The notes below the pieces were generated by a model that ran no database searches, was not told where the DNA came from, and saw only the letters and a program-made list of their open reading frames with translations. A stretch of 63,799 bases of DNA, counting the filler, from Octopus bimaculoides (taxonomy: Eukaryota), in NCBI RefSeq assembly GCF_001194135.2. It is 7 parts of 6 records of this genome, joined end to end, with 100 filler letters (N's around TTAATTAATTAA, not from the genome) between each part and the next. Parts side by side here need not be neighbours in the genome. Positions count along the whole stretch, not along the records: positions 49,396 to 53,530 come from NC_068984.1; positions 53,631 to 60,181 come from NC_068986.1; positions 60,282 to 62,317 come from NW_026395651.1; 4 more parts are not named here. The stretch is one strand, 5' to 3'. The first letter of the stretch is position 1; each line of letters starts with the position of its first letter. Made by a program: the position numbers and the translations under genes. Of this stretch, positions 49,684-61,904 are shown piece after piece.

Positions 49684-52569
49684 TACATACATATATATAC
49701 ATACATTATTATCATTATTATTAATATTATTATTATTATTGTTAATATTAGTATTATCACATCTGCAACAACGTCACAGAAACATCGCAAAAAAAGTGCT
49801 ACTCGGAGATTTATGTACCCGTTCGTCGTACAATTTAGATTGAGAATTTAAGAATTTAGATTCTCAATGTAAACTGTCCGACGATCGGCAACGTGAAACT
49901 CTGAGTAGCAGCATTTTGTGATGTCTTTGCAGCTTTAACAACAGTAAAGCATATTATTCTAGTTCCGGTATTCTGGTTCTATTTTACCCCCACCTTGTTT
50001 CACATTGATGTGGTTTGTGCTCACTTTGGTATNNNNNNNNNNNNNNNNNNNNNNNNNNNNNNNNNNNNNNNNNNNNNNNNNNNNNNNNNNNNNNNNNNNN
50101 NNNNNNNNNNNNNNNNNNNNNNNNNNNNNNNNNNNNNNNNNNNNNNNNNNNNNNNNNNNNNNNNNNNNNNNNNNNNNNNNNNNNNNNNNNNNNNNNNNNN
50201 NNNNNNNNNNNNNNNNNNNNTAACAGTTGCAGCTGTTTACACATGAAATAGCTAGTAACAACTGGTACAGCATGACGGCCAGTTTCTTTCAGCTTCCTGG
50301 AGTTTGGTGACAGTTGTTTTCTGAAACAAGGACAAGTTTGACAAACGTCTCGGAACTGTTTTTTTTTATATAATAATTAAACATGATCAATTGCACAAAT
50401 AGAAGAAAAATAACAAATGACTCAGTTGAATTATTTACATCAATTCAATGTTTAAAAATAACTTATCTTCCCACCATCCAAGGTGATCTATTTAAAAAAT
50501 GGGTGGATTTTTCCCTTGTCATTATGTTTTACAAATTCATTCAATAATAAACAACGTTAAATTCACGTGTTATTTAACGTGGTTATAGACAGTTAAGCGG
50601 ATATAACTTAATTATTGAAGTATACAATACACATACTGATACAGGGATAGGCAAATGACTCTCTTCTAGTTTTCATACAATTCCTGAGAAAATTTGTTTC
50701 GAACACTCTCAGACATTTCTTTTACTGTCTACATGATTTGTATCAAATATCCTGGTCTCAATCTCTACACTATCCCCAGTCAGTTTGCAGGTAGTGTTTT
50801 TTTTTTTTCCTGTTTAGACTGCGTGACAACCCCGAAACTGATTCACACATTATTCCAAAATACTTGCTGCTAGTTTAGAATTCTTTCTTTACTTAATGAT
50901 TAGACTTTTTTTCTATGAACACATTGTGCCAGGATTCACTACTGAGATTATTAATTAAAACTATTCTTTCTTAAATATAATTCAACTCTTCCGGATTTTT
51001 TCTTTTATTATCTATCCAAAACAATTTATATGAAGTATAGGATTCTTACTAACATTTCCTCAATATACCTAACATTCCTTCAATAACCATTGAATAACTG
51101 TGTGTGGGAACAATATCTCCGAAATTTACTTCATTGTCTTCCCTTGTAGCTTTTATTAATATAATATTGATATGCTTCTATACATTCAACACAGGTGGTT
51201 TCTGATATCTCTACATAATCACCATATACTGTTTACAATAGTTATGTATTGTAAATAACTGAAGATTTAATTAGGGCGTTAAACTCATAGGGTAGTGGCT
51301 TACATTATTGACCTGTTGTCACCTTGAGCAAGGTGAAGAGCATTTTGTATATAGTCTTGTGTCTTCCTCTGTCATTTCATGTGCCATGCCTACAAAAATT
51401 GGCGATTATTCACATCCATACCTTCATGTCCTACACACAATTTAGCATGTTATTCAGCAACAGTTTTTGATGTCAGTTGGTGTGGATATCAATTATCTTC
51501 TCTCTCTGTTTTCCCTAGATTCTTCGATCGTTCAGTTCTTCGACAGTAATCTAGTGCTCAAGTCATTTTAGTTTCCATTCTCCCTAATGAAGTCAGCCAT
51601 TTGCTCCTTGCGTTATTAAGACATCGTATATGCATACGTGTGTGCGTGAGTATGTGTGTGTGCATGTGTGTGTACGCGCGCGCGCGTGTATGTGTGTGTG
51701 TGTATGTACACGTACGGAGCATCGTTGGACTGAATTTGATTTTTCAATGTCCATTTATTTTCAGGAACAACTCAAAATGTTGATGATCAGTGAATGGTAA
51801 TGGATAGATTTTGTTGAAAAAAAGTTACCTGACATGGAGGACAATATATACCAGGTATAGATATATGTGTGTGAGGATGAGTGTTCCTGAAAGTAATTTT
51901 TCTATATTTTCTACGGATTGCTGCAAGCTCAACTTCTTCGTACATATCAATACATGGATCTTACATTTATAGCTTTAGTTAAGCTTTTCACAAACAAAAT
52001 CAACGGAGAACCAAAGTGTGTGGGGGAAATATTTATCTAGTTACATTTAGTTAAACACATAAGGGCGAGAGCCATCGGTGAACTTGTGCTTCGGAGAGGT
52101 CCCACATAACTGGAAGTTAAGTTCACTACCTACCAGCTAACTGGATAACCAGCAGTGAAGTTCCTGGCTACAACTCGTCTGTCATAAGTACTTGCGCAAT
52201 GCCCTACATTTATANNNNNNNNNNNNNNNNNNNNNNNNNNNNNNNNNNNNNNNNNNNNNNNNNNNNNNNNNNNNNNNNNNNNNNNNNNNNNNNNNNNNNN
52301 NNNNNNNNNNNNNNNNNNNNNNNNNNNNNNNNNNNNNNNNNNNNNNNNNNNNNNNNNNNNNNNNNNNNNNNNNNNNNNNNNNNNNNNNNNNNNNNNNNNN
52401 NNNNNNNNNNNNNNNNNNNNNNNNNNNNNNNNNNNNNNNNNNNNNNNNNNNNNNNNNNNNNNNNNNNNNNNNNNNNNNNNNNNNNNNNNNNNNNNNNNNN
52501 NNNNNNTATATATATATATATATGTATGTATGTACATCTATATATACATACATATATATGCATACATAC

Positions 52570-52712
52570 ATACAAACAAACAAAACAAAAATACCCTTTT
52601 GCTGATGTGGAAATTCCAATGAAGGAGCCTTGGATCTGGGTTAGAAAGTGGTTCTTTCTCTGTTGGCAAGAAATCTAGAAATAAACTGAATAATGACATA
52701 CATACATATAAA
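52570..52712 (+). mobile_element. Copy of the TACA-tailed 3' terminal repeat
   Basis: Aligns by eye to 29515-29645 and ends in gacatacatacata. Confidence 0.65.
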
Positions 52713-52975
52713 CTACCTAATACCTCAATTGCTGACACTGAGAGGCTTACAAAGGACTGGGAAATAATTTTCACACTAATAAAACACTTAATTTCTTTAT
52801 GGATAACCGGAAGATTTACAATGCCAAAGAAAAAAGTAAAAAACAGAATATAGCTGAGGCTAACATTTTCAACTCACAGAGAAATGCAATTCGACCAAAA
52901 ACAAATGTCCATCAAAATGATCAAATGTAAACATAAATGACCGGATATTGGTGTTTGGGGCAGACGAGTAGAATA

Positions 52976-53530
52976 ACGGGCCCCAACTATGCGAACCTGT
53001 TCGTTGGCTGCGTTGAGGCCCAAATATTCTCCAGTTTCACTGGTCCTACTCCCGAACTATACGGTCGTTATATCGATGACTGTATCGGTGCCACCTCACT
53101 CTCCCGAGAACATCTAGACTCTTTCCTCTCTTTTGTCAAATCTTTCCATCCTGCCCTCCACTTCTCCTGCACTATTTCCGACAACTCAGTCACCTTTCTC
53201 GACATTTCGGTCAGCATTCATCGCTCCACTCTCACCACCTCCATCCATTACAAACACACAGACTCACATTCATACCTCAACTTCTCCTTCTCCCACCCTA
53301 AACACACGAAGCTCTTCATCCCCTATTCCCAATTCCTCCGTCTACGCAGGCTCTGCAGTGACAACCATGACTTTGAGACTCAGTCTCAACTCATGGCTCG
53401 CCACTTCATCCTACATGGATATCCCCTCACTGCTATCCATTCCCGCCCTTGCCAGAGCACTTCTATGGACCGTGCATCTTCTCTCTCCCCCCGCAACCGC
53501 CCCATCGTCACCCGTCTCCCGTTTCCACTC
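52976..53530 (+). mobile_element. Penelope-like element reverse transcriptase fragment (Neptune-like)
   Basis: GPNYANLFVG...YGRYIDDCIG...FHPALHF...FLDI...YKHTDSHSYL...SHP...IPYSQFLRLRRLCS...GYP are PLE RT/thumb motifs. 5'-truncated and cut at the 3' end by a scaffold spacer. Confidence 0.92.
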
Positions 53531-53630
53531 NNNNNNNNNNNNNNNNNNNNNNNNNNNNNNNNNNNNNNNNNNNNTTAATTAATTAANNNNNNNNNNNNNN
53601 NNNNNNNNNNNNNNNNNNNNNNNNNNNNNN

Positions 53631-53674
<44 letters not shown>

Positions 53675-53691
53675 CTGAGATATTTGTTACT

Positions 53692-53723
<32 letters not shown>

Positions 53724-54022
53724 ATAAAAATGAAAATGAAGGCCAGTGTATACAGAAGCAATGTTTACTCTTAATAGATAATACAGTGTGGATTGATACT
53801 TGCCATATCCTGTCTTGTGATAATCATATTCCAGCTAAATCCAGTGTTGCTCTTTCTTAACTAAAAATGGACACAGTCATAGCTACATGACTTAGAAGTC
53901 TGTTTCACTATGCATGATTCTGGATCTAACTCAACTGCAGGGTACGCTGGGCAAATGCCTTGTACTGTGTCCTTGTGATGTATATCTGTTGCTAGAACAG
54001 CATCACTTTCAAATGAAAATAC

Positions 54023-54109
54023 CTGGTGTGGTATTTGTTCTTCCCGAGTTACACAGACAATCCTTGTTGCTCTTGTTGTCAGTAATGCAATGAAGCAGTA
54101 CCTGTCTTG
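54023..54109 (-). CDS. Candidate 87-nt internal exon, unidentified
   Basis: Minus strand: acaattttctag|CAAGAC...CACCAG|gtattt. Phase-0 reading QDRYCFIALLTTRATRIVCVTREEQIPHQ; a second frame is also open. Lies in the CpG-depleted piece. Confidence 0.35.
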
Positions 54110-54889
54110 CTAGAAAATTGTAACCAACAATGTTATTACACATGAATTGAAAACTGTGTGTGTATATATATGTATATTTATATAAAATTAAAAAAATCAC
54201 CATTTAATGTCTACCTTCCATGCTGGCATGGGTTAGACAGTTTGACAAGGAGCCAATGAGTGAGGGACTGCATCATGCTGCAGTGTCAACTTTGGCATGG
54301 TTTCTACAGCTGACTGCTCTTTCCTCACACCAACCACTTTACAGTGTGTACTGGGTGCTTTTTTACATGCCACTGGCACATTTTGGACACCATGTAGCTT
54401 GCAAGCCAGCAAACCCAGGAAGGGAGGATTTGTTGGCTTCCGAGCTACATAGTCACTTGTGCGTGTGTGGGTGGGTGACTGAGTGAGTGAGATCATTGCT
54501 GAGGATGAACTTAATGAAAGGAGAGTGACTTGCATGTTAGCAGTGTTTGGTTTCTCATTCAGGGTTTCTTTGACTGAGAACACTGATTCTTTTGCTTAAA
54601 TATTCACTCTCCTCTTTCTTACTTTTAGTCTTTATGTCTCTGTAAAGAATGTTTCTTATTTTATTTTACCATTGTTATAAATGCTTCGTAAAGGTGTGGA
54701 TATCATAAATCATCTGTGCACCAAGGCTACTTGATCTGCTAGAAATAAATCACATCTTATGACATACAATGCAGTCTCAAATATTATGGCACCTACTACC
54801 TTATTTGTTCCTAAAAAATATACTAAGTATCCAACCCCTCCCTGTGAATATGTGAGTTGTGTAAATCCTTTCCATTTGAGATATATTAT

Positions 54890-55182
54890 GAAGAGTTAAG
54901 CAGCTCACTTTGTGTCTATCTGTTTGGGTTCAGTGTCACTGCCTGGCACCTTGGGCAGTGAATTTGGTTGATGGAAACTGTGGAAGCCTGTTGTAGATGT
55001 GTGTGTCTTTGTGTTTGTCCTTCACCCCACTGCTTGATAATTGGTGTTGGTCTATTTACATTCCCATAACTTAGTAGTTTAGCAAAAAAGACTTATTTAA
55101 TAAATGCTTGACTTAAAATTAACTACTAGGGTCAGTATGTTCAACTAAACCCTTCAGTCCAATGACTGAGACAAGTAAAAGG
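54890..55182 (+). mobile_element. SINE family A, CpG-eroded copy
   Basis: Same motifs with CG converted to TG/CA (e.g. gatggaaactg, ttagtagtttagcaaaa). Confidence 0.7.
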
Positions 55183-55325
55183 TCAAAAAAAAAGGTACAG
55201 CAACTACTTCAGTCAATTGTTTGTAAGAAACTATTGTTTCTTTTTTAACCCTACCGCCATTTTCTATTGTGCAATGTTAAGTACATTTTCCCAAATAAAT
55301 TTTGTAAGTTGGATGTGTTTCCTTG

Positions 55326-55546
55326 TTAACCCTTTAGCATTTAAATCGGCCATATCCAGCTAAAATATATACCTGTTTTATGTTCAAACAGGTCATATCT
55401 GGTTTCTCACCAACCCTACAATATCATTCTCAAAGTTAAGTTACCTCATCAAAATCTCAGAGCTACTGGACAATACATGGTTGATTCAAAACAATGTAGA
55501 TAAATACGCATTACTTTTGACAATAATATGACTGCTAAAGGGTTAA
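55326..55546. mobile_element. piggyBac-type MITE (213 bp between TTAA sites)
   Basis: TTAA|CCCTTTAGCA ... TGCTAAAGGG|TTAA: perfect 10-bp TIRs and TTAA TSD. Confidence 0.85.
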
Positions 55547-56127
55547 ACCATATGTACTTTGGTTTTCTTAAGGAAAAGCTGTCCACAACATTGCTGGTTT
55601 ACTGGTTCCTGTATCTTGAAGCTTCCTCCTTTTACTGGTTCTAATTAGCCATTTGACTGTAGTTCTACTGGAGCATCAGGACCGGAAATTATAAGGATTT
55701 CTTACTAAAGTGCTTGAGAGGAGTCAGATCTAGCTTTTGGAAATTGACAGATGACAGTATTGAGTAGAGCGATCTTACTTCTGGCTCGAATTCAGTTTAT
55801 AGACAAATCATTTTTGTCTTATTTAGAACCTGTTGCCTTCCTAATTTTACCATAACAATATCCTTTACATCATACATAATGTCCATAGATGCAATTACAG
55901 CTAGTAATTAGGTTGGACTCTACCTCATTACAGTGATGAAAAAGTTGGTGTTAAAATAATTAACTAATTGATCTTGCACTGATGTCTCTCTCTATATATG
56001 TTGCAATTGTTAAGCATGGAAAAATGGACATAAAATGGCAATTATGATAATATTTCACTTTGAAAAACTATTGTTTGTATTATATGTATGTGTGTAAAGC
56101 ACACATATAAGCACACATATTCTCTCC

Positions 56128-56197
<70 letters not shown>

Positions 56198-58356
56198 AAA
56201 TAAATAGATTATCTCTCAGCTTTGACAATGAATCTTCTAGTTCCTTATGCAACTGAAACAGTCTTTGTTTTTAGTGGCTGAATATACCATAGATATCTGC
56301 ATTTTTTAGTAGAATCGGTGTTACACAGTGTATGGTGATGCTGACTCTCTGACTAACAGTTTTGCATATGGTTTCTGTCTGTTCAGTTTCACACTCATCA
56401 AGACACATACCCAATATACTAAACAGTAAGATGAAACTCATCATCATCATCATTGTTTAATATATGCTTTTCCATGCTTGCATGTGTCAAACAGAATTTC
56501 TTGAGGCAGATTTTCTACAACCTGATGCCCCTCCTGTCATCAACCCTAACCTGTTTTCAAGAAAGGTGATATTTCCTCGTGGCCAGATATGTTTTTCATA
56601 GAAGTCTGAAAGCAGACAATTTTTCTTGTAGGACATTGATTCCCAATGACAACCATCATGTGATGTTTAAGAAAGGTAATGGGCTACCTCCCATTCCCAT
56701 CTACCATAACCTCTCACATGTACACACACACACACACACACACTAGAGTACATATATAAGACTTATTGAAGAATGCTCTTCAAGAGATCAAGAGATTAGA
56801 AATGAGGTAGCGGCTGTGATCAAAGTCTATGTGAATTACATAAACACAAAGAAGAATCTTGTGTATACTCAAACAAAGAAAATATGTGTATATTTACTTT
56901 ATGGTAAACCTTCTGGGATATCTAGGAGCTTTGATGACTGTTTTGCCTCTTCATCTCTGTAGAATGAAACAGATTCTGATGCAGCCTTACCATAAATAGC
57001 AGTTGGCCACAGGGGCGTTTATATAAAGCATTTAGAATATACAAGGGGAACAAAGAGTGTACATTTATATATAGTCAACAGTAGGAAGCAAGCTTCCCAA
57101 CCATATAGTTTCAGGTTTAGTCTCACTGTATACCATTTTGGGTATAGCTCTGAACCAACCAAAGCCTTATAAGTGGATCTCATCTCTGTTGTGTGTATGT
57201 ATGTGCGTGCGTGCGTGCGTCCGTCCGTCCTTGTCTTGACATTGCATGATAGTGGAAATTAGTGTCACTGTCATAAAAGCAGTGTTCTTCATTTCCAATC
57301 TTCTGTAAAAAACACTTGGCCATGAGAAAATTTAACCTTACATAAAAACAGGTGAGGGTTGGCAACAGAAGAGGTATGTATCAGGCTGTAGAAAATTTGC
57401 CTCAGCAAATTCTATCTCACCCATGCTGGCATGGGAAGTAGACAATAAAACTATGGCGATGATACATATGAACCTGATAAGCATATATTTTAATTTGTTT
57501 ATTTAAAGCTTTTATTCATCAGAAGTTAACTGAGGCTTTGACTGAAGTCTGTGTGAACTAAGAATAAATGTAGTAAATAAAATCTTGATTATATTATGTC
57601 TTTTATTTCAACTTGTTATACATCTCTGAGAATTTAAATGTTAGTTGTGTTCTTGTCTGTGTATTTAACTAAAGAAATGGCCTGTAGCATTTGTTATGTT
57701 ACATGATGATGAGTGTCATTATTAAGTGTTGTAACTTCAACAATATATGTGTATTTGTCAACCGTTTGCAACTTTCTTTAAATGGCTTGTTTTTTATGTT
57801 CACAAAAGCTGACCACACCCTAATATTTGTCTGCTGCAGAATCAGTCAACAGTTAACTAGGCTCAAAGCTCTATAGCATCTATTTTGCCCACACAGGTTC
57901 ACTGTTTTCAGCGGTTGGTGTTATGTGGTATGAAAAGACTTGAATAAATCTGGTACTCATTTTATCAGTCACTTTTTAGTGGCCTGCTAAGTTTCAGATA
58001 CAATAAGCAAATCAATACCATTTCACAAGTGGTGAAAGGCAAACATAAACACATGTGTCTACACTTACCTCAGGCCCTCAACTGTTTGAGGGAGTCATGG
58101 TGTGTCATTGTGACATACAGCTTCTCCTGGGTGTTTTTTAGACCTGGTGGAGCTCTCTCCAAGTTAGATTACAGCTATCTGACTAGGGAAGAAAAGAATT
58201 GATTTCAGTACTGGACTGGTACTTTATTTATCAACCCCAAAAGGATGAAATGCAGAGTTGACCATGGCGGGACTTTATCTCAGTGTGTAGAAAGCCAGGA
58301 TAATTATTGCAAAGCAATCCATCCATCTCTGTAATGACTTTGCCTATTGGCTACAA

Positions 58357-58409
<53 letters not shown>

Positions 58410-58554
58410 ATTTGTGTGTGTGTAGATAGAGATATAATGAGCTTCCACACAGTTACAATGATGATATAACAAAAGTCATTTTCGATGACAATTTTCTTTT
58501 ACAATTACTTTCAACCAATGAGGAGGAAAACTGTGAAATTGGAATGATAGTAAT

Positions 58555-59175
58555 AATTCTTTCTAATTTTGGCACAAGGCCAGTACTTTTGAGGGAATGG
58601 GGAAGTCAACTTCATTGTCCCCAGTGCTCAGCTGGTACTTATTTTATCAACCTCAAAAGGATGAAAGGTAAAGTTGACTTTGTCAGCATTTGAACTCAGA
58701 ATCTAAAATTGGAAGAAATGCTGTTAAGCATTTTGTCCAGCATGTTAATCATTCTGCCAGCTCACCACCTTAATGATAATAATCTTTTTTGCTTTAGACA
58801 CAAAGCCTGAAATTTCTGGGGAGGGAGCTGGTCGATTACATTAACCCCACTGCTCAAAAGGATGAAAGCAAAATTGACTTTGGTGGAATTCGAACTTGGA
58901 ATGTAAAGACAGACAAAATACTATTAAGCATTTTGTCTGGCATGCTAAGGGTTCCATCAGCTCATCACTTTAATAATAATAATAATAAATCCAAATTTTG
59001 GCACAAGGCCAGCAAGCCAGTGTGGGAAAGTCTATTACATCAAATCCAATGCTCAACTGCTACTTATTTTATCAACCCTGAAAAGATGAAAGGCAAAGTC
59101 AAATTTGAACTCAGAATGTAAAGCTAGATGAAATGTTGCTAAGCCTTTCACTCAGCATGCTACTGATTCTGCTGG
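58555..59175 (-). mobile_element. Three head-to-tail CpG-eroded SINE family B copies
   Basis: Repeated ttttggcacaaggccag...aaaaggatgaaag...tttgaactcagaat...aagcattttg blocks. Confidence 0.75.
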
Positions 59176-59194
59176 TAATATGAAAGTATTGACA

Positions 59195-59720
59195 GTCTCT
59201 TAAGTGAATGCAATAAGCTTGCACAAAAAGCATATAAGTTCAGGCATGACCCTCAGTAAAAGAATGCATTGGGATGTTAGCTAAGTGTAGAAAAGTAGCA
59301 GAAAAATGATATTAACATGAGCCAAAAGCCTGTAATGAAGAATAATAATAACAGGACTTTATAAGATTTCTCCATAATGACTGACCATACTTTTGAAGCA
59401 AGAAGACCAGATATGATTGTAGAATCCCCCCCCCCAATCCCCCCCAAAAGAAAAAAAAAGCAGTGCAAGATCATTGACTTTGTAGTACCATTTGTATTAG
59501 TGTGGACATCAAAGACATTGAGAAATATCAGGACCTAGCCAGGCAGATGAAGGGGTCGTGGAAGACTCATGGGCCAAGTATTCCTCTGGTAACTAGTGCA
59601 CCTTGTTCAACACCCAAACTGCTATTTAAGAGGCTGAAGGATATTAGAATTTAGGCTTGCATTGTCAAAGTGCAATCCTGCATTCTGCAAAGAACCCTCA
59701 GAAACATTCTTGAGATTTAA
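59195..59720 (+). mobile_element. R4/Dong-type LINE RLE-domain relic
   Basis: LSECNKLAQKAYKFRHD, HEP, DFSIMTDHTFEARRPDMIV, QCKIIDFVVP, EKYQDLARQMK. Many stops and frameshifts. Confidence 0.8.
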
Positions 59721-59942
59721 CCCCTTAGCATTTAAACTGGCCATATTTGGCCAAAGTATCCTATCTGTTTTATGGTCAGACTAGCCATATCTGGTCTCTC
59801 ACACCTACCCTACATTGTCATTCTAAAAATAAACAGTTACATCATTGAAATTTCAAAGCTACGAGATGATGCTTGATTAATTCAAATAATGTCAATAAAT
59901 AGGCATTACATTTAATAAAGTAATCTGAATGCTAAATAACTA
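59717..59942. mobile_element. Second copy of the piggyBac-type MITE
   Basis: TTAA|CCCCTTAGCATTTAAACTGGCCATAT...; body aligns to 55330-55542; right TIR decayed (tgctaaataac). Confidence 0.7.
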
Positions 59943-60873
59943 AAAAAAAAAACAAAACTTTTCAGTGAATCTGAAGACAACTCCTGCTAATTACTGTAGC
60001 ATTTAATACCTTTGATGACTATAAAAATAATAAAATGTCACTGTTCCTCTAAAGTTTAGAACTTGTATAGACATTTCTAAAATGACAACGTTAATAAGTT
60101 ATGGTCTAAAGCAAAATTAAGTCCTTGTTATTACTTCATTGTTTATTGTCAGTTTAGAAAATCCTCGTGTGTAATTTAAGTNNNNNNNNNNNNNNNNNNN
60201 NNNNNNNNNNNNNNNNNNNNNNNNNTTAATTAATTAANNNNNNNNNNNNNNNNNNNNNNNNNNNNNNNNNNNNNNNNNNNNTGTGTGTGTGTGTGTGTGT
60301 GTGAGTGTGTGTGTGTGTGTGTGTGTTCGTGAGAGAGAGAGGGAGAGAGAGAGTGAGTGAGTGAGAGTGAGATGACCTAATGAAAAACAACCATCATCTT
60401 CAAGAATCTATCCGAAATGCGCTATTTCTGGATCAAATCGTATATCAATATTGCTTCTCCCAATACCTGGAAGGCAGTTTAGCTAGAATTATGTAAGAAA
60501 CCACGAAAAAGCTGCAACTAAAATTCCACACCGAATGTAGTGAATACAAGCCCACTTGTTGATTTAATCTACAGTTGTCATCAACGTTCTATTATACTAT
60601 AATATAACATCTGCTTAAAAAGGTTCTTCACCTGACCACCGAGAGTCTAACTTTCATAAATATCCAATATCTGTTTATTCATACATAGGATTGTACACGT
60701 GTAGGTGTGTGTGTCTATAGTTGAATGTGTGTGTTAAATATATTTTATAAATATGAATTCATAAAGAAACTGTAATTCGTATTTTGTGTATGTATATATA
60801 TACATATATTTATATACATTATGTATTTAACAATAAACACACATGTTGTGCATATATTAAATCTACAGATATA

Positions 60874-60907
<34 letters not shown>

Positions 60908-61868
60908 NNNNNNNNNNNNNNNNNNNNNNNNNNNNNNNNNNNNNNNNNNNNNNNNNNNNNNNNNNNNNNNNNNNNNNNNNNNNNNNNNNNNNNNNNNNNN
61001 NNNNNNNNNNNNNNNNNNNNNNNNNNNNNNNNNNNNNNNNNNNNNNNNNNNNNNNNNNNNNNNNNNNNNNNNNNNNNNNNNNNNNNNNNNNNNNNNNNNN
61101 NNNNNNNNNNNNNNNNNNNNNNNNNNNNNNNNNNNNNNNNNNNNNNNNNNNNNNNNNNNNNNNNNNNNNNNNNNNNNNNNNNNNNNNNNNNNNNNNNNNN
61201 NNNNNNNNNNNNNNNNNNNNNNNNNNNNNNNNNNNNNNNNNNNNNNNNNNNNNNNNNNNNNNNNNNNNNNNNNNNNNNNNNNNNNNNNNNNNNNNNNNNN
61301 NNNNNNNNNNNNNNNNNNNNNNNNNNNNNNNNNNNNNNNNNNNNNNNNNNNNNNNNNNNNNNNNNNNNNNNNNNNNNNNNNNNNNNNNNNNNNNNNNNNN
61401 NNNNNNNNNNNNNNNNNNNNNNNNNNNNNNNNNNNNNNNNNNNNNNNNNNNNNNNNNNNNNNNNNNNNNNNNNNNNNNNNNNNNNNNNNNNNNNNNNNNN
61501 NNNNNNNNNNNNNNNNNNNNNNNNNNNNNNNNNNNNNNNNNNNNNNNNNNNNNNNNNNNNNNNNNNNNNNNNNNNNNNNNNNNNNNNNNNNNNNNNNNNN
61601 NNNNNNNNNNNNNNNNNNNNNNNNNNNNNNNNNNNNNNNNNNNNNNNNNNNNNNNNNNNNNNNNNNNNNNNNNNNNNNNNNNNNNNNNNNNNNNNNNNNN
61701 NNNNNNNNNNNNNNNNNNNNNNNNNNNNNNNNNNNNNNNNNNNNNNNNNNNNNNNNNNNNNNNNNNNNNNNNNNNNNNNNNNNNNNNNTATATATGTATA
61801 TGTATATATATAGATATATATATATATATATATATATATCTGAGAGAGAGAGAGAGAGAGAGATAGAG

Positions 61869-61904
<36 letters not shown>

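Noticed and set aside
49959-50273. C2H2 zinc finger suggested by EHKPHQCE
   Set aside because: No second Cys or His pair at the right spacing; most of the ORF is N.
56761-56962. Open frame LIEECSSRDQEIRNEVAAVIKVY...
   Set aside because: No polypyrimidine acceptor or start codon, no homology recognised, and opposite strand to the other exon candidates in that piece.
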